This document shows positions 8,667-18,890 of a stretch of DNA of 64,000 nucleotides, piece after piece. Origin of the DNA: Armatimonadota bacterium. GTDB lineage: Bacteria > Armatimonadota > UBA5829 > DTLH01. The notes beneath the pieces were generated by a model. The model made no database searches and was not told the DNA's origin. It saw nothing but the letters and a program-made list of their open reading frames with translations. Position 1 is the stretch's first letter. Each line of letters opens with the position of its first letter. Location of the stretch: contig JBDKSP010000071.1 in assembly GCA_039680575.1 (NCBI GenBank), forward strand, positions 44,604 through 108,603, read 5' to 3'. The position numbers were made by a program, and so were the translations under genes.

Positions 8667-10277
8667 TCACTGCTGAGACTCCGCAGGTGGCCGCACGACA
8701 TCGAATGCCTCCTGCGCGTGGTATATTTCAACCAGCTCATTGAACGCCTTCGCGAGGACAGTCCCTCGATGTTCTCCCCCATTTTTGTAAAGCTCGTGGT
8801 CGATAAGTGCCCGCAAGAAGAGAATTCGCCAGCGCCATGCCTGCCGCGCCTGCATAGTCAACACTTTATCGGCGTTTTCCATAAGTTCGCAGGCATGGAC
8901 AGCGCTTTCGCCTATTTTGTCGCGGTGATGGTTCGACTCCATTATCCGAACAGCCTCCAGCACGGCATCAGCGACACTCGGTGAAGCCTCGAACGAGATA
9001 TATTCCCTCAGGATGTCCTCTGCGGACCTTTTCTTTTCCCAATAAAACTGGAGGCACAACACTTTGTTGATATCTTCTGAAATGCCTTCCGAGTAAGGAA
9101 ACCCACCCGAGAGTTTATGCGACGCCTGGTTCCAAAGCCTTTGAAACCTGTCCGGGAGAGGATTAGCCCCATAACCGCCCCACGGCAGTATGCCCCACAT
9201 ACTGATTTCAGGGAAATTGAGTAATGGCCGGTTGCCAGGCACGGGATTATCCAACGGGTAGCGGGGGAAGTCCTCATGGGCATCCGCCATGATGTAATCG
9301 ATCCAGCTCCCGTCTTCCGCCATGTACTCACTCAGCCCATCCCATTCCCCCGCATAAGGGGTGTCATACATCCATGTAGCAAGAATAACCCTGCCGGATG
9401 GATATTTGCTGCGGAAGAGGTCTGCGACTTCTTTTGAAATACTCAGGAAACCCTTCTTCCCCCAGGGCCAGCACTTCTCGCAGCCGCAGCCGCCTTCGTC
9501 ATAAGACCATGACTCGAAGAAATCCAGTTCGATATCGCGGAACTCATCCAGCAGCCCGCCCCACTGCCGAAGCAGATAATCGCGCCCGTCCGGATTGCCG
9601 GGGCACAGCAGAGTCCCGAGGTTTCCCCTCCTGCCCAGGTCATCGGGAAACGGTGTGTAGTAAATCTGCTTCGGAGCGGACTTGAAGCCGATGTTGATGG
9701 CTTCGAGAAGCCCTACCTGCAGCCCGATGCGCTTTGCGGCAAGAAATATCGCGCGTATTCGTTCGATGTTGCGCTTCGCGCCCGGATCATCCAGGCCGTT
9801 GAACTGCTGCGGCGGAAAATGACAGGCTACGGCGTTCAGTCCCCACAACGCAAGCTCTTCCAGATAACGCTCGACCTCGGCATCAGATGCCGCCTCGTAA
9901 AAATTGTTGAAATGGACAGCGAAGTATATCCCACGGACAGGGCACTCAGGTATAGAGCTTCCCCGCCACTTGCCCGGGGTGAAACCGCCCTCGCAGCACC
10001 GCGAAGTCCTGAGGAACTTACCGACTCCGTAAAGCAGGCCGCGCTCGTCATTGCCGGTTATCCTGATTCCACCATCAGGAACATCCGATATAGTGTAGCC
10101 TTCCGGCCCAACGCCCTGTTCGACCGCAAGGTACACCTGGAAATCGCCGAGGCTGTCGTTTATTACCCGCGCACCAGAACGTTCTTCTATTTTACGAGTG
10201 AGTATTGCGGCTATGTTGCCCGTTATCCGGCCAATTTCATTCGGAAGATGAATACGTATTGTCTTGACCATTTCCAT
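8667..10277 (-). CDS. Hypothetical glycoside-hydrolase-like protein (GH20/GH67-type N-terminal domain)
   Basis: PEGYTI...ITGNDERGLLYGVG then PVRG, the typical accessory domain plus barrel start. DEGGCGCEKC motif. ATG at 10277 follows GAGGT (ORF is open to 10322). Confidence 0.6.
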   Translation of the reverse strand: MEMVKTIRIHLPNEIGRITGNIAAILTRKIEERSGARVINDSLGDFQVYLAVEQGVGPEGYTISDVPDGGIRITGNDERGLLYGVGKFLRTSRCCEGGFTPGKWRGSSIPECPVRGIYFAVHFNNFYEAASDAEVERYLEELALWGLNAVACHFPPQQFNGLDDPGAKRNIERIRAIFLAAKRIGLQVGLLEAINIGFKSAPKQIYYTPFPDDLGRRGNLGTLLCPGNPDGRDYLLRQWGGLLDEFRDIELDFFESWSYDEGGCGCEKCWPWGKKGFLSISKEVADLFRSKYPSGRVILATWMYDTPYAGEWDGLSEYMAEDGSWIDYIMADAHEDFPRYPLDNPVPGNRPLLNFPEISMWGILPWGGYGANPLPDRFQRLWNQASHKLSGGFPYSEGISEDINKVLCLQFYWEKKRSAEDILREYISFEASPSVADAVLEAVRIMESNHHRDKIGESAVHACELMENADKVLTMQARQAWRWRILFLRALIDHELYKNGGEHRGTVLAKAFNELVEIYHAQEAFDVVRPPAESQQ

Positions 10278-10336
10278 GGAATCGATTACCTCATAATTCT
10301 TGGTGCTGCTCATAAATAGCATGAGCGGATGTTACT

Positions 10337-10499
10337 TATAGATTTTCGGCTGATTAATTAACGGCCAATCATATGTTGGCTGTTGCCGAAAATCCTCCGG
10401 AAGAGTTTCAGGTGTAAGTGTAAAATCAACAGATAAAGCTATATCAGAGAACTGTTTATATAACTGTAAGGCTGTTACTTTATCTCCTGAAACTCTATA
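10337..10499. repeat. Two adjacent inverted-repeat (MITE-like) elements with TATAG outer ends
   Basis: GATTTTCGGC (10341-50)/GCCGAAAATC (10385-94) and AGAGTTTCAGG (10402-12)/CCTGAAACTCT (10486-96). TATAGATTTTCGGC recurs at 8558-8571. Confidence 0.5.
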
Positions 10500-10500
10500 G

Positions 10501-12234
10501 CTAAAATCGATGCTCGCGGCTAAAAGCCTTCCTAAGCCTCTCTTGATCGAATTTCAGCCTGCGGTCATAGGTATACAGGCCGTTTTTCTCCTGCTCGACA
10601 TCCGTCAGCTGCGTATAGCAGAAGCCTGCAATATTCGGATGATCTGTGAGCACTGAGGTAAGGCCTTCAATACGCTTAAGGACTTCTTTCGTATCTTTTG
10701 GCCTTTGTCCGTAGCCCCAACCGCTGTCGAGAACGGCATCCAGGTCCCAGAACGTCCCGCCGTATTCATCGATGACGAACGGCTGGCCTTTGTAGCCGAT
10801 ATCAAATTTCGGAAAGGCCACGCAGAACTTGCCTCTGGCATCAGGAGAAACGGATGCGTACGTTTGGGCGAACTTCTCCGGGTTTTGCTCGTAGTTGTGC
10901 ATCGTATAGATATCCGGCTGCACATGCACCCAGCCGCTGGCATCGTTTACTGGCCGGGTCGGGTCAAGCGCTTTTGTCAGTTCGTATGTTTCGCTGACGG
11001 CTCTGCGATGCGCTTCGAAATCAGCCGTTGCTCCACCACTGCTCTCATTAAAAGGTGTCCACGCGATTATCGAGGGATGGTTCATATCGCGCATTACGAC
11101 CTCACGCCACTCGCGCTGATGGTTGTGGATACTTTGCGGCTGCCTGAAATCCATTCCCCAGTCGCAAAACTCGCCCCATGTCAGATATCCGAGTTTGTCT
11201 GCCCAGTAATGGAACCTCTCTTCGAAAACCTTCTGATGGAGGCGCGCTCCATTGAATCCCAGAGTCATCGAGCGCTCGATATCGCCGCGCAGTTCATCAT
11301 CTGACGGGGCAGTCCAGATCCCTTCGGGATAAAAGCCTTGATCCAGCACTAATCTGAGGAATATCGGCTCATTGTTGAGGTAAAACCTGTTGCCGTCGAT
11401 TACAAACTTCCGCAGCCCCGCATAGCTGTGCACGAGATCGACTGTTTTTCCATTTTCCAGTATTTCGAAACGCATATCGTAAAGATACGGGTTCACCGGG
11501 CTCCACGGATGCGGGTTTTCAATATCCAGCTGAACGGGCACACCGCTTGTACATCGAGCTTCGCTGCAAATGCCATCATTGACTGTCGTCCTGAATGTGA
11601 AACGCTTTGTATCACCGTTGAAAGTTGGAATAAGCGTGAATTTGCCTTCATCGAGGCCTGGTATTATCCTCACTGACTCGATAAAACTGAGTGGTCTGGC
11701 TTCGAGCCAGACTGTCTGCCAGATTCCTGTGGTCCGGGTGTAGTCGCAGCCGTGCGAATGCAGGAGGCGGGACTGTTTGCCCACCGGCTGAACCCCCGAC
11801 CTGATCTCGTCTTTGACACAGACAACCAGCAGGTTCTCTTTTGATTGGATCGCCTCTGTCATATCGAAAGAAAACGATGATCCTGTGCCGTAATGCCTGC
11901 CGACAGATTTGCCGTTGACCCAAGCCCGGCAATCGTAATCCGCGGCTCCGATATTCAGGAATACCCGCATGCCGCTCCACTCGGGTGGAACCTCGAACGT
12001 CCGCGAATACCATATGCAGGGTATAAAATCCGTGTAACCCACGCCTGAAAGCCTGCTCTCCGGGCAAAACGGGACATTTATATCACCGGTCAGCTGCGAT
12101 GCATCGCTCTGCCAGCTCTTCTCCTCACCAGAAAGGCTAAAATCGAAGGTGAATTTCCATTTGCCGTTCAGATTCAGCCAATTATCGCGTCTGAACTGAG
12201 GTCTGGGATGCTCTGGACGATATACTTCGGACAA
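10501..12234 (-). CDS. Glycoside hydrolase family 2 (beta-galactosidase/glucuronidase-like)
   Basis: HPRPQFRR, LNGKWKF, GAADY, TTGIWQTVWLE, LDQG, GFNGARLHQK, NHPSII..WTPFNE, IDEYGG, YTQLTDVEQE. Confidence 0.92.
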   Translation of the reverse strand: MSEVYRPEHPRPQFRRDNWLNLNGKWKFTFDFSLSGEEKSWQSDASQLTGDINVPFCPESRLSGVGYTDFIPCIWYSRTFEVPPEWSGMRVFLNIGAADYDCRAWVNGKSVGRHYGTGSSFSFDMTEAIQSKENLLVVCVKDEIRSGVQPVGKQSRLLHSHGCDYTRTTGIWQTVWLEARPLSFIESVRIIPGLDEGKFTLIPTFNGDTKRFTFRTTVNDGICSEARCTSGVPVQLDIENPHPWSPVNPYLYDMRFEILENGKTVDLVHSYAGLRKFVIDGNRFYLNNEPIFLRLVLDQGFYPEGIWTAPSDDELRGDIERSMTLGFNGARLHQKVFEERFHYWADKLGYLTWGEFCDWGMDFRQPQSIHNHQREWREVVMRDMNHPSIIAWTPFNESSGGATADFEAHRRAVSETYELTKALDPTRPVNDASGWVHVQPDIYTMHNYEQNPEKFAQTYASVSPDARGKFCVAFPKFDIGYKGQPFVIDEYGGTFWDLDAVLDSGWGYGQRPKDTKEVLKRIEGLTSVLTDHPNIAGFCYTQLTDVEQEKNGLYTYDRRLKFDQERLRKAFSREHRF

Positions 12235-12270
12235 AATAACTGTCGCTCCTTGTTAAGCTAACTAAATGTG

Positions 12271-13662
12271 CTAATAGATCACCTTCCGATGGCGTTCTTT
12301 GGGCGTACGGGGGAGTTCCGGCGCTATTTCGCGGCTTTCCTTGCCTGTGCTTCGGGTAATTGACCATCTGAGTAATGGAGGCGTGATGAGAGTTGTGACT
12401 ATCACCATTATGACGACAGCGGAAAAAATACCGGAAGAAATAACCGGATGTTCTCCGATCACCAGTTGCGAGCCTATCGCGGCGAATATAAGCCCGACTT
12501 CTCCGCGGGGTATCATCCCCAGGCTGACGGATAAGCGGTCCAGCCCTTTTTCCACTATTCCCGCGGAACAGGCCAGCTTACCGATAATCGCGGCCACAGT
12601 GAGCACGGCTGCAAACCCAAGGACTCCCACCCGTGCAAAACCGGCCAGTTGAACCTTGATACCCATCAGCACGAAGAATATCGGTATAAGGAAATCTGCA
12701 ATCGGCTCGATCAGTTCGGTCAGTGTATGCTCGCCTCTGCTGATAAAATCTTCATAATGGACCTCGTCGAGCAGCAGGCCTGCTGTAAACGCGCCGACTA
12801 TCGGAGCAAGCTGGATCTGCCCGGCAATCCACGCCATAAGGAAGCAGAACGAAAGAGACAGCGCAAGCAGTATGCCTCTGGCGCGGAGCGCGGATGCAAG
12901 TTTGAAGACTCTGGGAGACAAATACCGCCCCAGCACGATGCTTCCTGCAAGGAACAATACGGCTTTGCCGATAATCCAGCCGACGCCGCCGGCCGATACT
13001 GCACCGCCTTTGTTGGCTGCAAGGATGATTCCCTGCACAACAGCCAGGATCACCAGCCCCTGGATGTCATCGATGACCGCGGCTCCCAGGATGATCTTGG
13101 ACTCCTTCAAATGGACCTTGCCCAGGTCTTTCAGGACTCTTGCGGTGATACCCACGCTCGTTGCGCATAATGTCGCTCCGATGAAAACATGCGCGTAGAC
13201 CGATTCGTTCGGGAAAAAGACAGCAGCAACGCCCCAGCCGAGAAAGAACGGGATAACGACTCCGATGGTGGCTACCAGAAGAGACGAAAGCCCTACCGAG
13301 AGCATCTCTTCGACATTCGACTCCAGCCCGACCGAAAAGAGAAGCAGGATAACGCCAAGCTCCGAAAGGCTGTTTATGATCTCATTGCCTTTGATAAACC
13401 CAAGGGCGTCCAGACCGACAAGCCCGAGGTTCCCGATTATGACGCCGATTATCAGCTCACCCAGCACCGGTGGCTGGCCGATCCGAACGAACACATCGGC
13501 TCCGAGCTTTGCCGCTACAAGGATAACTGCAACCCCGAAGAGCACCGGAAGGATCAACTCCTCGGCCGTTGCAGGGTGAACTCCACCTGACTGGGAATGA
13601 ACAGCCACGGCAGGCAGCAACAACCCGGCGATCATAATCCAAAAGTACTTCCTTCGAAACAT
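12271..13662 (-). CDS. Cation:proton antiporter (CPA2/NapA-like)
   Basis: Multiple TM segments. ATSVGIT, AAVIDD, GMIPRGEVGLIFA. Confidence 0.92.
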   Translation of the reverse strand: MFRRKYFWIMIAGLLLPAVAVHSQSGGVHPATAEELILPVLFGVAVILVAAKLGADVFVRIGQPPVLGELIIGVIIGNLGLVGLDALGFIKGNEIINSLSELGVILLLFSVGLESNVEEMLSVGLSSLLVATIGVVIPFFLGWGVAAVFFPNESVYAHVFIGATLCATSVGITARVLKDLGKVHLKESKIILGAAVIDDIQGLVILAVVQGIILAANKGGAVSAGGVGWIIGKAVLFLAGSIVLGRYLSPRVFKLASALRARGILLALSLSFCFLMAWIAGQIQLAPIVGAFTAGLLLDEVHYEDFISRGEHTLTELIEPIADFLIPIFFVLMGIKVQLAGFARVGVLGFAAVLTVAAIIGKLACSAGIVEKGLDRLSVSLGMIPRGEVGLIFAAIGSQLVIGEHPVISSGIFSAVVIMVIVTTLITPPLLRWSITRSTGKESREIAPELPRTPKERHRKVIY

Positions 13663-13749
13663 CGGCGGTAAATCTCTTTCTTCTCTACAATTACAAGTCC
13701 GGTATTTATGTGAAAATTTTCTCAGTAGATTCTACGCTACCGATGGCAG

Positions 13750-16608
13750 CTAGTCAATCTTCGCCATCATAAGAAGCTCTGCTATGTGGAGGGCTTTTCG
13801 CCCGCTGCAGAAATCGGCGATCTGGGAGCGGCAGGAGAACCCATCGGCGACGACATAGTCCTCTGAAGGAAGTGACCTTACGGCGGGAAGGAGCACGCGC
13901 TCGCCGATCAAGCGCGAAATTTCGTAGTGTTCTTTTTCGTAGCCGAACGCGCCAGCCATCCCGCAGCAGCCTGAGTCCAGAATCGTGAACGTGAGGCCGT
14001 CTACGCGGCTTAGAATCTTTTTCAGCGGTTCAACACCCGTGATAGCTTTCTGATGGCAGTGGCCGTGGACCAGCGCATGACCCTCCAGCCTACCTGGGCG
14101 GTAATCTTTCGCATACTCTACAAGGAACTCTTCAAGAGTGAAAGCAGCCTCAGCGACGGTGTTTGCCCGCCTGTCTTTGGCGAGACAAGGCATCTCGTCT
14201 CTGAGGGTCAGCACTTCGCTCGGCTCCAGCCCGACTATCTTCATCCCCTGCTCCACCATCGGCGCGAGAATATCTACCAGATGCTCCTGGCGGCTCCGGG
14301 CATGCTTCAGCATCCCCTTGGAGATGAACGCGCGGGCGCATGAAACGGGTTTTGGAGGCAGGATTACATCGAAACCGGCGCGCTCAAGCACTTCAACCCC
14401 GGCCATAAGCGTCTCAGGCTTGAAATAGCTGTTGAACGCGTCATCGAGCAGAATTACATGAGGTTTATCCGTTCTTTTAACGTGATTGCGGCTGAATTCT
14501 TTCCTGAAACTTCTTCTGGCGAGCGTCGGCAGCTTTCTATCGGGATGGACACCGGCGATACGCTTTATCAGCCCTTCAAACGGCCCTGAAGTCATCCAGT
14601 TTGCAAGCCATGGCGCAATCGAACCCATCGCAGCAAGAGAATCGATGCAGCCGTAAGCCCTGGTCTTCGCTGGTATGCCATGGATGTCGTAGTACTGGGC
14701 CAGATACTCAGCCTTGTACTTCGCCATATCGACCCCAATGGGGCACTCGCGCTTGCAGCCCTTGCATGCAATGCAGAGGTCGAGGACTTCGAGCACACGC
14801 TTGTCGCCCATCCCGTCGAAATTGCCTTTGAGAGCCTCTCTGAGCGCGTTCGCGCGGGCGCGGGTAGAGTGCATCTCCTCCATCGTGACCATATAGCTCG
14901 GGCACATTACGCCGCTGTCGACTTTTCTACAAGTGCCTTCGCCATTACACGACTCGACAGCAAGCGCAAACCCCTTCTGCGCGCTGAAATCGAAGTACGT
15001 AGCGGGCAGTTTAGCCGCATAATCCGGCCCGAACTTGAGGTTTTTATCCATCGGGAGCGGGTCGATGATCTTGCCGGGGTTCATAATCCCTGCCGGGTCG
15101 AAAACCCGCTTTACATCCCGGTGGAGGTCCATTATGCTCCTGCCGTAGAGCTTTGGAAGGAACTCCGCGCGGGAGATACCGTCGCCATGCTCGCCGGAGT
15201 AGACTCCGCCGAACTCTATTACGAGATCGGTAATCTCCTCGGCGATGGCGCGCATTTGCGCAATACCCTCGGCAGTCTTGAGCGTCATATCGAGCCTGAT
15301 GTGCAGGCATCCCTGCCCAGCGTGGCCATATATGGCCGACCTTGTGCCGTTTTTTGCGAAAATCCGCTCCGCCCGGCGGACGTACTCACCCAGCCTGTCG
15401 GGAGGAATGGCCGTGTCCTCCACGAACTCGACAGACTTGATCTCCCCTACTCTCCTTGAAAGGAGCCCAAGCCCGGCCTCACGTACCTGCCAGACGGCTT
15501 CCTGCGCGGCGTCATCCGTAACGGTGAGACACTTCGGACTCCCCGGAAGGTCTTTCGAAAGTTTTTTGAGCGCTTCCATGTCGGAGCGGATCTGGTCTTC
15601 CTCGTCGCAGCTGAACTCCAGTATCAGCACCCCCTGGGTTGCGTGGTCGACCATAGACATCTTGTCCTTGTGCTCCGGCGACTGCCGCGCCATCTCCAGC
15701 AGCCTGTAGTCGATCATCTCAAGCGCGCGGGTGTTAGTCTGAAGGAGCGCCGGGACGGAATCGAGCGCGGAGAACCTGTCCGGGAACTCCAGAAGAGCAA
15801 GACCTTTCTTCGACGGTAGATGCGCGAGTGTGACCTCCGCCTCCGTCATTATGGCAAGCGTGCCTTCAGAGCCTGTAACGAGGTCCGCAAGGTTGAACTT
15901 TTCAGCCGCGAGGACAGTATCGAAGTTATAGCCGGAAACCCTGCGCGGGATTTTCGGGTATCTCTCGTCGATCTCGTCCCTGTGCGGAGTGATGAGTTCG
16001 AGCACTTTCGATGCAATCATTCCCGCTCTATCGCAGCTTTTCGCAAGCGATTCTATCTCTTCGAGCGTCTTCGGCCCAAAATCGACCACGGTACCATCTG
16101 ACAAGATGCACTTCATCCCCGAAACGTGGTCGCCGGTCTTGCCGTAGACAAGTGAATGGGAGCCGCTGGAGTTGTTTGCTATCATCCCGCCGATGTTGCA
16201 CCTGTTCTGGGTGGCGGGATCAGGGCCGAGGGTGAGGTTGTAGCGCTTCAGCGCCTGGTTCAGTTGAAGCAGACGGACTCCAGGCTGGACCCTGGCGATT
16301 TTCCGCTCAGAGTCCAGCTCGATTATCCTGTCCATATATTTCGAGAAGTCGATTATGAGCGACTCCCCGACCGATTGACCGGCGAGGCTCGTGCCTGCCC
16401 CGCGCGGGGTGATCGGAATGCGCTCTTCGGAAGCGGTCTGGACAGCATGAAGCACATCCTCCGCATCCTTGGGGATTACCACGCCTATCGGCATGAACTG
16501 GTAATTGGATGCGTCCGTGCTGTACAAAAGCCGTGAGGTATAATCGAACCTCACTTCGCCTTTCAGCCGTTCCTTCAGCGCGCGCTCTATTCGATCATGG
16601 GTAGTCAT
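13750..16608 (-). CDS. FAD-binding / 4Fe-4S oxidoreductase (GlcD+GlcF fusion, YdiJ-like)
   Basis: YSTDAS, PRGAGTSLAGQ, GSEGTL, GEHGDG, CNGEGTC...MCPS, CIACKGCKRECP, HGHCHQ, CCGMAGAFG. Confidence 0.9.
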   Translation of the reverse strand: MTTHDRIERALKERLKGEVRFDYTSRLLYSTDASNYQFMPIGVVIPKDAEDVLHAVQTASEERIPITPRGAGTSLAGQSVGESLIIDFSKYMDRIIELDSERKIARVQPGVRLLQLNQALKRYNLTLGPDPATQNRCNIGGMIANNSSGSHSLVYGKTGDHVSGMKCILSDGTVVDFGPKTLEEIESLAKSCDRAGMIASKVLELITPHRDEIDERYPKIPRRVSGYNFDTVLAAEKFNLADLVTGSEGTLAIMTEAEVTLAHLPSKKGLALLEFPDRFSALDSVPALLQTNTRALEMIDYRLLEMARQSPEHKDKMSMVDHATQGVLILEFSCDEEDQIRSDMEALKKLSKDLPGSPKCLTVTDDAAQEAVWQVREAGLGLLSRRVGEIKSVEFVEDTAIPPDRLGEYVRRAERIFAKNGTRSAIYGHAGQGCLHIRLDMTLKTAEGIAQMRAIAEEITDLVIEFGGVYSGEHGDGISRAEFLPKLYGRSIMDLHRDVKRVFDPAGIMNPGKIIDPLPMDKNLKFGPDYAAKLPATYFDFSAQKGFALAVESCNGEGTCRKVDSGVMCPSYMVTMEEMHSTRARANALREALKGNFDGMGDKRVLEVLDLCIACKGCKRECPIGVDMAKYKAEYLAQYYDIHGIPAKTRAYGCIDSLAAMGSIAPWLANWMTSGPFEGLIKRIAGVHPDRKLPTLARRSFRKEFSRNHVKRTDKPHVILLDDAFNSYFKPETLMAGVEVLERAGFDVILPPKPVSCARAFISKGMLKHARSRQEHLVDILAPMVEQGMKIVGLEPSEVLTLRDEMPCLAKDRRANTVAEAAFTLEEFLVEYAKDYRPGRLEGHALVHGHCHQKAITGVEPLKKILSRVDGLTFTILDSGCCGMAGAFGYEKEHYEISRLIGERVLLPAVRSLPSEDYVVADGFSCRSQIADFCSGRKALHIAELLMMAKID

Positions 16609-16621
16609 TTGTTCAGTTGAG

Positions 16622-16888
16622 TTTTATCACGAAAGCACGAAAGGGAGAAAGCAAGAAAAGTGAATAGAATGAAAAGTCTGCTATTTCTCGGGCAGTATTT
16701 GCAATGCTGCCCGGATAGGCCGGATAGGGATCTATAGATCCCGGTCAATCAACTATAATCGATCTCCCGGCATCAGAGATGCCTCATTTGCCTCTGCGGG
16801 AGGAATTGCAAATCCCTCCCGAGTTGTTTCGACCGCTACTACATTCCCTATTTCGTGTTTTCCTAATTTCGTGCTTTCGTGATTAAAA
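16622..16888. mobile_element. ~267-bp MITE-like element with imperfect terminal inverted repeats and internal palindromes
   Basis: ATCACGAAAGCACGAAA at the left end and TTTCGTGCTTTCGTGAT at the right end, with similarity extending to ~37 bp. Four internal hairpins. Confidence 0.55.
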
Positions 16889-16892
16889 TAAA

Positions 16893-18728
16893 TCAGACAA
16901 ACTCGTAAGTGTTGCCGGATTTGCGCTTCTCCAGTTTCAGCTTATTGACGCTGTCTTCCATGCCGCCGGGGCGGTTGCGGAGAAGCCATACATCGTCGTG
17001 CTTCTCCTTTAATGCCTTTACCTTCGCGGCGAAATTCTTCGGTTTCTCGGCGCCCAGCCTCATCTTTCCCACATCTACGGAAAGCCGAAGCATGGAAATC
17101 GCATATTCGAACTCTTCGAGGACGATATCCGCGTCCTCAAAAGTCATCTTGTCGCGTACGAATCCGTCTTCGATCTCGTCAATCCGCTTCTCCATCTCTT
17201 CGAACTCGCTCATCTCGATGCCTTCGATGACTGATTCGTCGTCAATCGGCCTAAAAAGCATCTGCCATGGGACTGAATTGTTGCCCGTCTTCTTCTTGAA
17301 CACCAGGTAGATGTCCGAAAGTGCATACCATACCTTGCCCGTAACTCCGCTTCTGTCTCCGAACGCATGGAGCGAGTAGTTTTCTGCCAGACCGTCTTTT
17401 ACGTCGGCCTTTGCGTTCCATGAGGCCATTGCTCCGATCAGAAGCCCGAGATAAGATGTGGACAGCGGCTGCCAATGACCGTTATCGCCCCATTCGGTGT
17501 TCAGGAGGCCGGTTGCTCCATGCTTCAGGCCTTCTCTTGCGCCGCCGACGATGTTGCCGATGGCATTCTCGCCGCGTCCGACGAGCGCGTTCCACGAGGA
17601 TGTACCCGGACAGACATAGAACGGAAGCCCTGCAGCCGCGAACTTCTCGCAGTTCCCCTTCCAGTCACGGCCATTCTCGTAACCCCATTCGAGGGCTATT
17701 ATGTCCTTCGGAATCTCAGGGATCAGCTCGGGATGATGCAGGACAATGTCGCCCCAGAACATCATGGTGCGGCCATGCTCTTTTACAAACTTGTGTATCT
17801 CAAGCAGGAAGTCGAGATATACGCGGCCTCTGCCTTTTTCCTTGCACACTTTTTCGCTTCTGTCTCTACCGAGGTCGACCGTCTCATCACATCCGACGTT
17901 GAAGAGTGAACTTGAGAAATGCGGAAGGAGTTCATCGAAGAGTCCCTTGACAAACGGCAGGCTCTGCTTGTCACCAGGGCAAAGGCTGAACGGATAGTCG
18001 AAATGTCCCCACTCGGTGTCGCAGCCATTCGGCGCCTCGGCCATCGGGAGGTATTCATCATGCTTCAGCCACCGGTCCATGTGCCCGAACGAGTTCTGGT
18101 TAGGGACCAGCTCGATGAACTGACTCTTGCAGTAAGCGTCCAGCGCCAGGATTTCCTCGCCGGTCATCGGGCTTGCCTCTTCCCAGACCTTTTCGTGGGC
18201 AAGATAGGCAAATGTGTGCTCGGTATAAAGCTGGAACTGGTTTATCTTCCAATCCGCCATGAGGTCTACCAGGTGATAGAGAGTCTCCATGTTCGGGACC
18301 TTGTCACGGCTGATGTCCAGCATAATACCCCTGTCCGGGTAGTCCGGCCAGTCATTTATCGTAAGACATGGGACCTGGCCGTCACACTGCCTCAAGATCT
18401 GCGCGAGAGTACATGCTCCATAGAACGCGCCTGCCGGTGTGGACGCCAGTATTTCGATCACATCCGGCTTGACGGTGAGCTTATAGCCTTCCGCATGTAT
18501 ATCCGCTCCGTAATCGAGCTCTATAACGAGGCCAACTTCATCTTTCGGAGCTTTCGGGCTTGCAGTTATCTCCCACTCAAGCTCTGTCTTGAGCGCAGCG
18601 GGGATGGTCGACTGCGTATCATCGGCAACGAGCTGTATATAGTTCTTGCCTTTTGTATCAAACTCGCCCTGATGGGCAGACAACTTCTTGGGTACGGGTG
18701 CTAAATAAAGGTCTTTTGCACCAGACAT
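16893..18728 (-). CDS. Glycoside hydrolase family 20 (beta-N-acetylhexosaminidase-like)
   Basis: EGYKL..., DWPDYPDRGIMLDISR, LYTEH, NQNSFGH, catalytic NVGCDE, MMFWGD. Confidence 0.88.
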   Translation of the reverse strand: MSGAKDLYLAPVPKKLSAHQGEFDTKGKNYIQLVADDTQSTIPAALKTELEWEITASPKAPKDEVGLVIELDYGADIHAEGYKLTVKPDVIEILASTPAGAFYGACTLAQILRQCDGQVPCLTINDWPDYPDRGIMLDISRDKVPNMETLYHLVDLMADWKINQFQLYTEHTFAYLAHEKVWEEASPMTGEEILALDAYCKSQFIELVPNQNSFGHMDRWLKHDEYLPMAEAPNGCDTEWGHFDYPFSLCPGDKQSLPFVKGLFDELLPHFSSSLFNVGCDETVDLGRDRSEKVCKEKGRGRVYLDFLLEIHKFVKEHGRTMMFWGDIVLHHPELIPEIPKDIIALEWGYENGRDWKGNCEKFAAAGLPFYVCPGTSSWNALVGRGENAIGNIVGGAREGLKHGATGLLNTEWGDNGHWQPLSTSYLGLLIGAMASWNAKADVKDGLAENYSLHAFGDRSGVTGKVWYALSDIYLVFKKKTGNNSVPWQMLFRPIDDESVIEGIEMSEFEEMEKRIDEIEDGFVRDKMTFEDADIVLEEFEYAISMLRLSVDVGKMRLGAEKPKNFAAKVKALKEKHDDVWLLRNRPGGMEDSVNKLKLEKRKSGNTYEFV

Positions 18729-18890
18729 TCATTTCCTCCTATGAATATACTCAACAGGCAATATTAAACCGCTTTAACTAATTGTATCACAGCGGAAGTA
18801 AAGTTTACAGGAGATAGGCAACAGAAATTTGGAGCGCTGAAAAACACTACCCCATATCTATAATACGAAAGAACGCGGCGGTTATTTTCC

